A stretch of 64,000 nucleotides of DNA from positions 27,466,001-27,530,000 of the forward strand of contig NC_092674.1 of assembly GCF_964355755.1 (NCBI RefSeq). The letters are read 5' to 3'. Made by a program: the position numbers and the translations under genes. The notes beneath the pieces were generated by a model. It was not told where the DNA came from and did no database searches. It worked only from the letters and a program-made list of their open reading frames with translations. Below, one piece after another: positions 46,701 to 57,625 of the stretch (position 1 is its first letter; every line of letters begins with the position of its first letter). The DNA comes from Antedon mediterranea (taxonomy: Eukaryota > Animalia > Echinodermata).

Positions 46701-48758
46701 GTTAATGAAAATCAATTGATTTTAATGTAAAGGAAATCGCCAAAAACTGACTCATTGTAAAGATAAAGATCGAGAATATAAACATAATACTTATAGTACA
46801 ACAATTACATACTGAAACAGCTGACGCGCCTGCATTGTCGTAATTCATTAGTTTTAATGTTACATTAATTGACTTCTAAAAGAAGGGTACTAATGTGACC
46901 CTAACGAAGCCCCGTTCAATACTACTAGCTACATGTTTTTCCTTCGTTAGTGTACGAATCATTAAGCTATACATGGTGAGTAACGTGTTATACCCACGAC
47001 AGGCCTGTGACTCTCAACTGTTCTCACGTCTATGGATGTAAAGTGTATTAATCCCACTTCTATAATAGGTCTATAATTAATTTTATTAATTTGATATCCA
47101 TGCCTGCGTGGCGTAGCCAGGCTTGTCACAGTGATGTTCCTTTCCCCCATAAAGTGACAAAGGAAACAAAGTAGAGTGGGGGTCGAGGTGGTGTTGGTAG
47201 GCTACTGAAGAAATTATTGTATTAGGCCTAGCCTTATGAAATATGTCAAGGGCCAATTTTGCTGCTCGTCTCTTGAAAAGAGCAATATAAATAAATGGCG
47301 TTCGTTCCTGACTGTTTATTTTAAGTTTAATGAAACAAATTGTGTTGTAAAAAAATACACGTTTTATTATAAATAAAACAGACTTATAGGCCTAGATGTT
47401 CTTATTATGTTTCCTCTTTCATTCTCTACTTATTTCTGAATCAGGTACTATGTATTATATCTACCTAGTTATGTTTTTTTAATTGTAGGATTGTGATATT
47501 AAAAACATTGTAAACGAAAATGTTATTTCTTGAATTGTTCATTTGTGTATTGTGCACCTGTGTTACGCTAATCCCTTTGATATGATGATGTCACAAAATA
47601 TCAAGGAATATACAGTACATTTGAATACGCTTTGTCGGCGCCAGTCACTCCAGACTATAACTTCCAATTAGCCCTAAAATGACAACATACGTCCGTTCCC
47701 AAATTGATAAGGGATTAAAAATATGCATAACTTACCCGATATGCAAATTACTATTCCGATTAGAATAGTTATGCACAGGTGTTGTTCTCTGTGGATTGTA
47801 AAAGTCACTCTAGAAATAGAAACATTGTTTTATCAATGTACACTACACGGATTGCTGTAATTTAGACGCGGTCATGTTTGAATTTTGCCGCAACGTGTGC
47901 GTGGGAGAATGTCCTGTGTGTAGCTGCATGGTTTCCGTGATGATAACAGTTTCTCACTGAAGAGCTAATATTATGTCGGGGATGAAACCTGTTCGCTATG
48001 TGATGAATTCATGTAATTTTTTTGTTGGTAAAATGACAGTCCATATTCTTAATTTTCTCTGAACTTATGTTGTTTCTTGTAAAGGGAAACTAAGGTCAAA
48101 TAATTGTTAGAAGATAGCGTCTGATGTCTGCCATATACTGAGAAATGCGTTGATAAAACGTTACTGAAACCGCGCTAAAATAGACAACCTAAAGCTTGGT
48201 TAAGTTGGTTCCCACTACGACGCAACGCAAGTGATATGACCAAAGCGATGGATTATTCGAACTATCCCTTGTTATTGGTCAACTGGCTAAAAAAGCGACA
48301 ACCTAAAGCTTGGTTCCCACTACGACGCAACGCAAGTGATATGACCAAAGCGATGGATTATTCGAACTATCCCTTGTTATTGGTCAACTGGCTAAAAAAG
48401 CGACAACCTAAAGCTTGGTTCCCACTACGACGCAACGCAAGTGATATGACCAAAGCGATGGATTTTTCGAAATGTCGATTGCCATTGGTCAATTAGCTTG
48501 CGTTGTGTCTTCTACTATCACTACCTCCTAGTGGAAACCAAGCTTTACAGTTTTCGGTTTCCACTTGTGATTCCTCAATGTTGTTTTCTTACGTCACTTC
48601 ACAATAATGTTATAATACAACCTATGCATTCCATACTCTTTTTAAAATGAGCTTTTGTTTTTCTCTTTCAGACGTCAATTCGAGGTAAAAACGAGAAAAG
48701 AGGACGCGGAAGAACTGGTTGGCCGGAACACGTATGGGCATTAGAACTACGCCAGTAA
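37779..48758 (+). CDS. HAND: Heart- and neural crest derivatives-expressed bHLH transcription factor (HAND1/2 ortholog), 202 aa, two exons
   Basis: Exon 1 37779-38300: MSLI.., His-rich N-terminus, b[49 protein letters not shown], donor ATG|GTAAGT. Exon 2 48672-48758 after TTCTCTTTCAG: [28 protein letters not shown], the diagnostic HAND C-terminal motif. Phase 0. Confidence 0.96.
40608..40925. repeat. Tandem duplication, ~165-bp unit, 2 copies
   Basis: GCTTTT(A/G)AATAAATACATTTGA..AGAATGGCTAGTTTTAGAGTT..AAACTAAACGTTTGATATCTGTTTAAA..AAACACT(A/G)ATGTAAAAT twice. Confidence 0.85.
45430..45608. mobile_element. MITE family B (PIF/Harbinger-like), full copy
   Basis: TIR AGCGTGGTTCCCACTAG..CTAGTGGGAACCAAGCT, near-palindromic interior, TAA/TTA flanks. 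Partial copies at ~110-172, 18713-18780, 26673-26817, 43450-43525, 46505-46619. Confidence 0.85.
45636..45745 (+). mobile_element. Short Helentron/HINE (DINE-1-like) element
   Basis: Starts in a T-run with TAGTCGCGTGC, has a (GTCG)n tract and a subterminal inverted copy GCACACGACT, and ends in a T-run. Confidence 0.45.
48193..48544. mobile_element. MITE family B copy with its left part triplicated (105-bp unit)
   Basis: Units start at ~48190, 48304, 48409; right TIR GTGGAAACCAAGCT ends at 48544. Confidence 0.8.
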
Positions 48759-49890
48759 CTTTTGGTATAGGCCTACATTCAAGATACAAATGATCATCCA
48801 GCAGTAATGTTATAACAATAAAAGTGTTTAGCGAACAGGCTATGTCCGTCTTTTGAGGCTGGAATCGAAGTACAACTAAATTTGATTTATCAACAAAATA
48901 TTGAACCATATTAAAAGTATAACTTTGGTTTAAAGTATTTGATTTTATTTAGATATAACTATATATGTTTCCAGAATTGATACCGCGCACCAATTATTTT
49001 TCATATTTTTAAATATAAAAATTAGTTAGTGTGTATTTTATTATCAATAGGCCTACAAATAAAATCAGTACAATTTATATTGTTATTATGTATGAGCAAT
49101 AATATTTTTTTTAAACGAAAATCATAAACTGTTACGCGACAATATACTAAATATTTAAGTTATTTATTCATAGCATATAATTATTGGCACAAAATGGAAG
49201 ATGGCAACAACTGCGTCATGCTCCTGGAATTACGCTTCTAGAAAAAAAAAGCATTATTTAAAATATTAATAATAATTAAAACGTATACTCTTTGGTAACA
49301 CAACACAATGAAAAGATGCATACTTTGACTTGCGCGTTCAAAAGCTGATAAAGCTTTTGTACGCGCGCGTCAACTCTATGTATATTATTAAACAGAATGT
49401 GAAGAAAAAATATAACCGCCCTCTATAATCATAAATAATTTACAAAATGGGGATAAATCTGTCCGAATCTGTGAATTCTGATCGCGTCTTTCGTTTCAAA
49501 TATTTCAAAACTCTCTGACTTTTTGAGAAAGCTGTTGCGTTGAGAGGTCACATTGTCACAGGGGTGACTGTTATTGGGATGACAGGGGGCTTTCGATTAT
49601 TTATTTTCAATGTCATATTTCGGGAATATGTTACGATTCGCTCTTTAGGGAACCCCAGTTGTTGTTTATGTTGTAACGCTAATGTCGTTTTAAGTGCATG
49701 GGTAATTAGATGCATATTTTTTTATCAGGAAATATGTTAATATGTACCTGTCCCTAAAATAACTGTTTAGTGTTATAGTTAACTGAGTGAATTTATTCGA
49801 AATTTGAAATATCATCATACATCGAAGTTGTAGATTTTCCCTGAATTATAAATAGTGTTCTATCCACTTAGCTGAAATGAATCAATCTTA

Positions 49891-50039
49891 AGCGCTGTCT
49901 ACACTATCAAACTGTATGTGATGTGCCCATATATGGACATGATGATGTCATATCACTACCATATTTGAACATATCACCACCATATTTGGGCACATCACCA
50001 TTTTTTTTGTCAAACTAGTTTGATATTGTAGACAGAGCT
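49891..50039. mobile_element. MITE family A copy
   Basis: TIRs with exact TTA/TTA duplication. Confidence 0.85.
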
Positions 50040-51226
50040 TTAATCAGTGGAATAGTAATTTTTGTATTTCTTGGGGAAAATTATTAGCTCTTTTGTTGAT
50101 GACTGTGTTTTGCTTTACTTGCTTAATAAATTGTGTATGACTACTGTATTTATTTAGATTAATGAAAATTTTAATTAATAGTATGTTGATTCTGAGTCTG
50201 TTTAAAAAAAATACAGTTTGAAGCAATTGTTTGTTTTTAAGTTTAAGATGTTCAAATCATATCGATTTGTATGATTATATTAGTTAGGCCTATAGGATGA
50301 ACATATTCTGCGTGAATAAGTCCCAAGTTTAGTCTATGATGAAAGGATATGGGTAGGCTGGCTACCTTTGGAAAAATGTGAGTTCACCCCGTACCTATTA
50401 ACATTACTATGAATGAGCAACCGAATACATAGCCTAACCTGCGTATAGTTGTATTCTTGTAGTGCAATTCAATACGGTATCACACATTGTGTGTTTACAT
50501 GCTGGATGTTAGTTGATGAGTAATTGTGTAATGATATACTGTACTTATTTATGAAAATTGGTTCTACAGGGTTTTCTGAATATTTTATGACTGTAAATGA
50601 TTGTAAAAACATTAGATAAGGATTCTTGAATAAAGTTTAATAAATAATAAGGAGAAAAATATTATTTTATTGTTTTGTTTTCAGAATTTAATTAACTGAA
50701 TTTTATACGCATGCGTAATTCAGTAGTCGATAACAACGACTGACGACATTAGAACAGACTGTAATTGGGACATGACGAAAGGTGAGCAAAACAATCAGTG
50801 ACGTCGCTATGACGAAAGGTCGTTGTGAGTTTGAATGAGTTGTTATATGAGCGGTTTTGTGATGGATGTTCATTTAAAGATTTGTGAGGGTTGGGATATT
50901 TAATTTAGTGCTCTGTTACCTCTTTTCACCACAAAAAGCAACTTTTTTTTCTTTTTCTCGCGGTTTAATTTTCGTATGTGCGTGTGGTTCTTGACCATAA
51001 TTTTATTATAATTATTAAACAACAGGCCTTCACCTTTTATAAGAACACATAAAAACATTTTGAGGTTGATCCATTTAATTACGTGGAAAAAGTTGTCGCA
51101 AATTTTGAAGTGCACCACAATATATTTTCCTCACATAATAAGAACCTTAAGCCAACAATAACATTTAATAACAAACATTTCATTCTGTAATATTACGGTA
51201 TAGTTACAAAAATGTACTGTTTCTTA

Positions 51227-51364
51227 GGCTCTGTCTACACTATCAAACTAGTTTGACCAAAAAGTATATATAATGGTGATATACCTAAATATGGTAGTGA
51301 TATGACATCCATATATGGACACATCATATTTTTTGTCACAAAGTTTGATAGTGTGGACAGAGCT
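51227..51364. mobile_element. MITE family A copy
   Basis: GGCTCTGTCTACACTATCAAACT..AGTTTGATAGTGTGGACAGAGCT, TTA/TTA. Confidence 0.85.
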
Positions 51365-53879
51365 TTAGATATTAGAATACAGTAAAAATACGGCAGAACT
51401 TTTATACAGAACATTTTTATAAAAGTACTACAAATAAAAAGTTCAATTGATACCGGTAATTTAAAGGTTGTCGTTAATTTGTATTTACAAAAGAAACAGT
51501 TCCTAGGTAAATTAACTTAACCAACTCTATTACGTTATCAATGATACAGCTATTTTGAGAGTTCGAATTATGACCATGTTATTTTAAAGTGTTCGAACGA
51601 GAATTTTAACATTCAATCTCACAGTTTTCTCATTCTTTTAGCCGGATTAAAACGGAAGTATCTGTCCTAGAAGATTTAGTTATAAATTAGTAATGGGGTA
51701 TGTGTAGTAAAAGAAGGGGGAACTACGGATATCTAAATCAGGGTTGACAGTGTCGTTGGCATTAGAAGAGATCAGTGTAATTGGTGAATACTTTTTTTAA
51801 CCTAAGGTGACGACAACTTGAGAGTGGCTTACGGGACAGGTGTAGGCTTAGTTAGCATGAGAAGATGCCAAAACTGGGCTAACATTAACTATAACGCTAG
51901 CACCGACGAATGAGTGGTTGCTATACGGTAAAATGGTTCGTTTTATAAGAGTAGGCCTAGGCCTAGCTGCTGAGGGTTCAAAGCTGGTCATTACCAGCAC
52001 TGTGACCCACACCGAATGACTCGTTTGTTTTCTTTCAACACTTGCAAGGGTAAATTGGAAAACCGACTTGTTCTTATACTCTCGCCATTATTTAATTAAT
52101 TTGTTGTCAATCATGTTTCAGAAAGTTATCATCGTTAACCCATTGAGATTTTTATTTGATGATAAAAAGTTTTTATTACCATGGCAAATTATTTTGTGAC
52201 GAGAGTTTTTAAAACGTCAAAACAGATTATTTTGAAATAGGTTTATCCTTGAATTTACTCATATTTCCATTTATTTATTTATCCATTTAATATTAGTAAT
52301 AATAATTCACCGTTCACTTAATGCATTACGCTAAACAAGCTTTTATGTTTAAATGTAAAATAAAATGCCTGAAAATTAAGAAAAGACAAACAAGTTAAAA
52401 ATGTGTGCTTTTAAAACTTCAATAATTGCTAAAAAATATTCTGGCAATGGTGTGTTTATAACGTAAACCCACGACTGACGTGAAGAGGGCCTCATTGTGT
52501 ACGTCCCTGGCAATATATATATTTTGACGATTTCAATATGAATCACATATCGTTTGACAAGTCTTCATTAAAGATTCCAATCATCGATAATAATATATGA
52601 CACGATAGATTGGCGGATCGGATTTCAGTGGCACATATACAACTATTAGCATTTGTCGATTATTAAATACAGAGGGACGGTATTCATATATATTTTAGGA
52701 ACGAAACTTCTGCGTGAGAATGACTTATTTGGAACAATCAGTAGGCTAAAATCCAAATCATGAATTAGTCTGTCTATTTAATAAGAACAACATTCTAAGG
52801 ACACTCCATGCACGATATTAATATATTTAATTAAGGCCTATAGGCCTAAATACCCTTGACATTTAAATTTTTATCAGATTAAAAGACATGAATAATTATC
52901 ATAACTGTTAAAAACATAATTTGTTTTGGTACAAGAAACAGTGTTCATCAATGATCATTGACACGACAAAAAATGTTCTAATGCGCACTGCGTTTATCAG
53001 AGTTTGAACGCGCCATACGCAGTGTACCATAATAATAATGATATATGTTTCTCTCTTTGTTATGATAAACCACAGACCTGCTCAATTTGACATCTACATC
53101 GTCAATTACATGTTTAGTGGTGGTAGAATTGCAAACGTATAAGAAAAGAACAAGACATTACTCAGACCAGCTTATTACAAACCAATTAAAACAAATCAAC
53201 AAGTTTGTTAAATACACACCACGTCATCGCTTTCGCACTGTCCTAACCTTTCACAAACTCTTGGTATATGTATCGTGTCACATCATTTTAGCGTCATATC
53301 ATGTTATTTCGTTTGTTTATAGCACTGTCCTGCTTTCATATCGAATCTTGGCGGTCCTCTATAGAAAGTGTTGTTTTAAGAAGCGGGTTGAAAATTTGAT
53401 AAAACTGGGCGGATTTTGTACACGCGCGCGCCAATACTTCGTTGTAGACCTACTAACAAAATACAATTATGATAATTACCATACGTGTAATGACAAATTA
53501 TTGTAATGTACTTTGTGATCACTGCCTGTATGCGGTTTGCCCTGTTTAGTCTCATGTATAGCCAAGCGTACATTATGTTGATGTAATAATGTTTGACTAT
53601 ACAGAATGGTCAATTCGTTACCCATGGCTATAGGAAGGAGTATCTACTCATAATTTATGTTTTAAATTACGAATGACTAAGAGGGTTGGAGTGATGAGGA
53701 TTTGATTCAATCAGAAACGATTTAAATTATATAGGTTTAATATTATTTTTTTTTTAGAAGAGCATTGTCACGCGCTGGAACTGACATCGAGTTCACAAAT
53801 ATATTTCTAGATTGTTGAGTCGAATAATCTGAAGAATTTATTTATTTGAGAAATAGATTTAAAATTATATTTTATTTGC

Positions 53880-54262
53880 AATTTCTGCAAACTTTGCAAT
53901 ATTTTTAACAGGCTGTAAAAATAGTTGGCTATTGTTTTTAAGTGATAATTTAGAGATGCGGTAATTCAAGCAAAATTAGATCAATTTAATTTTAATTTAA
54001 GCGTTTTCTGCAAACTTTTGCAATTATGTGTGTTATCTTTACAATGAAAGTAGGCTTTCTAATAATTATGAGACGCGGTCTTACAAAAAATACAGAATAT
54101 TTAGATCAATTGAATGTTTAAATTAGTTGTAGGCCTAATTTAAGCGTTATCTGCAAAGTTTTGCAATTATGTGTGTTATTTGTACAATAAAAGTAGGCCT
54201 TCTAATAATTGAGAGATGCGGTCTTACAAACAATGCACAATATTTAGATCAATTGAATTTTA
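53880..54262. repeat. Degenerate tandem repeat, ~120-145-bp unit, ~3 copies
   Basis: CTGCAAA(C/G)TTTTGCAAT..TAATAATT..GAGA(T/C)GCGGT..TTAGATCAATT three times. Confidence 0.75.
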
Positions 54263-55907
54263 AAAATGAGTCCAAAATCATTAGCGGCCCACATCCTTCT
54301 TCTTTTTACCAAGTCATGGGCCCAGGTGCATACCAATGTCGATTTGTTTGGATGGAGCAAAGTTTTTTCCGATAAATTTCAATAAAATGACGCAGCATTT
54401 TGTAAACAGAAAACAGAGATGTTCGGCTAAATAAAACAGAACATTTAAATAATCGTAATTAGTCATATTTAAATAGAACTGTTTTGTTAATTACGCCAAT
54501 TAGGCTTGTAAACACGTGTTAATAAAGTGCTGCTGCATGATGGAGGCCCATATTTATATAAACTTTACAACTAGGCCTAAATACAAGCGCGCTTTAAGCA
54601 GTTGTATGGGGGCTCGTGACGGCATAGACCGCGTTATAAAAATACAGAATAATAAGGCTATAAATTATTATTATTATTAATAAAATTTAACCCGTCTTTT
54701 ATGTTTGTAGGCCTACTTTTATTATTCAATATATGGCCTGATGCGTAGACTTAAGTATATTGAAAATGTTTTAGTCTATTTACTTATAGACAACGTCTTA
54801 CAGTAGGGCCTATATAAGTCAAAGATGTTCTCGAGGTGGAATGCCATCATGAGATGAGAGCGCGTCGTCTTGTATTAATCAGTCAGTACAGTTTTTTAAA
54901 ATAATTTATACGTAATTTTACTTTCTATGGACCAGAGATTCCGAAATAAAATATTGGATTTGAATATTAGTAATAATATAGCAATAATTAATGCGGTACA
55001 GAGCATACCACTCTTCAGTCAGTGTACAGTCCTTCAGCTGTCGACTGCATGTCTGTCTCGGTTATTTTTTAAAAATTGTCGTTTTTATTCGGAAGTTATT
55101 AGACGTTAATTTGATGGCTTAGCAGTAAGCTAACATTACATTAGTGTTGTTGAGATATACTTTAACGCACGTTATACGCTACTGTTGCGAAAATAAAACT
55201 AAACTATTTTCCCCATGATTATTTTGAGCATGAGACCTGTTTTTTTTATTGTAAATAATAAGTAAATTGTTTGTTTTTGATTATCAATACCATCACACAA
55301 ATCGTGGATTGAAATAAATAAATAAAAGTAGTAGTAGTGTATATTATTTTAGTTTCACCATTTGCATACTTACATAATTCATACGCCTGTTTGTTTTCTT
55401 TAAAACAAAATATTAAGTCACAGTTTCAGTAAGTCAAAACAATTTGTCCTGGTCAGCTTTATATTATATATACTCTTTTTAGAAAATAAGATAATCGCGT
55501 CTGTTATCAACGCAATACTGACCACTCACGTTTCTCTCGTCGGTGTACCATAAATGAATCAATCTCCTAAAATCGTAATACAATTGAACAAAATTGACAA
55601 CCGCAAAGAAAAATGCTAATTAAAAGTTGACAAGAAGTGTCAAAATATCCCAGTTTTCGTGACCGTTCTAAATGACCACTTTGAGGTATGTATTATTTTG
55701 GTTTTGTCCGGCACCGTTGTGACGCTATTGATTGGGGTTGATGGAACCCAGAGCAGGGCTAGAGCTGGCCACTATTGGGGAGGAAAACGCCCCGGCGGTG
55801 GGTGATGATAGATTCACGGATTGACAGAGTTGGAAGGTGACAGCCTAACGTTGACACGCTCAATCAAACAATCAGACGTTCACTAATATTCTATCTTTAA
55901 TCTTCCA

Positions 55908-56580
55908 ATAGTTAGTAAGTTAAAACTGCTTGGTGTAATAATCCAAAATGACCTCAAATGGGGTTCAAATGTTAATGATATAACATCAAGAGCCTCACGT
56001 AGACTATTTTCACTATGTATCCTGAAAAGGTCTAGTGCACCAGTCAGTGACCTGGTTACAGTATTTACATCATATATCAGACCTGTGCTGGAATATGCCT
56101 GCCAGGTTTGGCATTCATCATTAACTGTTCAGCAATCTAATTTAATAGAAAAAATTCAAAAACGGGCTTTGCGCATAATTTTGAGCCCACATTATGTTAG
56201 CTATGAATTAGCCTTAGAGCAAGTAGGTTTGCCTTCTTTAAAGTCCCGTAGAGAACAGATTCTTCTCAAGTTTGGCAAGAGTCTTTTAGAATCTACCAAA
56301 TTTAGAAATATGTTACCAGCATATAAATCTGATAGGCATTCAAGATCGTTAAGGAGCAATACTAGTTCAAAGTTGGATTCTTGCAGATGTTGCACTGAAA
56401 GATATAGGCGGTCTACTATTCCACACTTAGCACGAATCCTTTAAGTTTAATGTTTAGTTTTGATCTTCTTTGATGTATTTTATTTCTCAGTTGATTGTAA
56501 TCCAACCTTTTCAGCTCTTGCTGCTGGTTGGAATTTGATGTTTTTATACCTTAATAAATAAATAAATAAAATAAATAAAT
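55908..56580 (+). mobile_element. 5'-truncated LINE of the CR1/L2 group (Crack/L2-like): RT C-terminus, 3'UTR and (TAAA)n tail
   Basis: Open frame 55908-56444: KLLGVIIQNDLKWGSNV..YIRPVLEYACQVWHSSLT..IEKIQKRALRII..LPSLKSRR..CCTERYRRSTIP*; tail repeats 56552-56580. Confidence 0.9.
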
Positions 56581-56980
56581 CTTACTTCCAAATCCAACGG
56601 CAATAAACGCCTAGTAAATTTCCTTATTCCTTCCTTAGGCCTACAAAATAGGGAAATTAATATTACACTATAAAGGCCAAATATTAGTCTATTTAAGGAT
56701 TTGATTTATGTTATAAGGGGCGTATATTTACTAATATAGCTTATAATGAACCAAATATGAGGACGTCATACGCGATCAGACAGTTTCGATCCTGTTTTCC
56801 CCTACTAAATACAACTTCAATAAATATAGATAGTTAATAATATATTTATAGGCCTATTACTAATATATTATGCAGCTCCGAAAGTTGATAAAAGAGAAGA
56901 CGTGAAACTAGCAATGATTTTGTTTAGATCCATGCTGTAGATTGGCTCTAAACAATATCTTAAACTCTAAAACAATCTAA

Positions 56981-57134
56981 AGCTCTGTCTACAATATAAA
57001 ACTAGTTTGACCAAAATGTGTGATGTGCTCAGATATGGTAAGAGTATGGCCAAATATGGTACTGATATGACAACATCATGTCCATAGGCACATCACATGT
57101 TTGTCACATAAAGTTTTATAGTGTAGACAGAGCC
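56981..57134. mobile_element. MITE family A copy
   Basis: TIRs with exact TAA/TAA duplication. Confidence 0.85.
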
Positions 57135-57399
57135 TAATAACAATGCGTTTCATAAATTCTGTACTTGTGGAGTAGGCACTGTACAAAATAAATGTTTATA
57201 TTGAAGTACACCATAATTTAAAGTGTGAATATACTCTACGCATGTATACAGCGGGTCTACTGAGACTAAAATAATTAACAAATCAGTTTAACAACCTATT
57301 GGGATTTCCGTCAGAGTCCAGATAGGCCCACTGACGTACCCCATTGAGGATACCACCATCAAGGAGAAACCATCAACTATTACAGATTGGTATCAGCGA

Positions 57400-57625
57400 G
57401 TTTACAGATCACTTCGAAAGCCTATTGGGGTTTCCTAGTCAGAGTAGGCCTAAGTACCATGGGTCTTAAATCGAAGAATTCACAGATCACTTCGAAACTC
57501 TGTTGGGGTTTCCTAGTAGCCTAAGTGTCGTACATAAACCGACAACATTGAGAGGCCTAAGTACCAAGGGTCTTAAATCGAAGAATTCACATATTACTTT
57601 AACATAATCCACTGGGGTTTCCTAA
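57400..57625. repeat. Degenerate local tandem duplications
   Basis: ACAGATCACTTCGAAA..TTGGGGTTTCCTAGT and GGCCTAAGTACCA(T/A)GGGTCTTAAATCGAAGAATTCACA each recur. Confidence 0.7.

Noticed and set aside
48236-48496. 86-aa ORF with a 35-aa repeat
   Set aside because: Translation of the 105-bp MITE triplication.
53087-53506. 139-aa ORF
   Set aside because: Non-ATG start, no recognisable motif, no convincing splice sites, overlaps a dispersed repeat motif.
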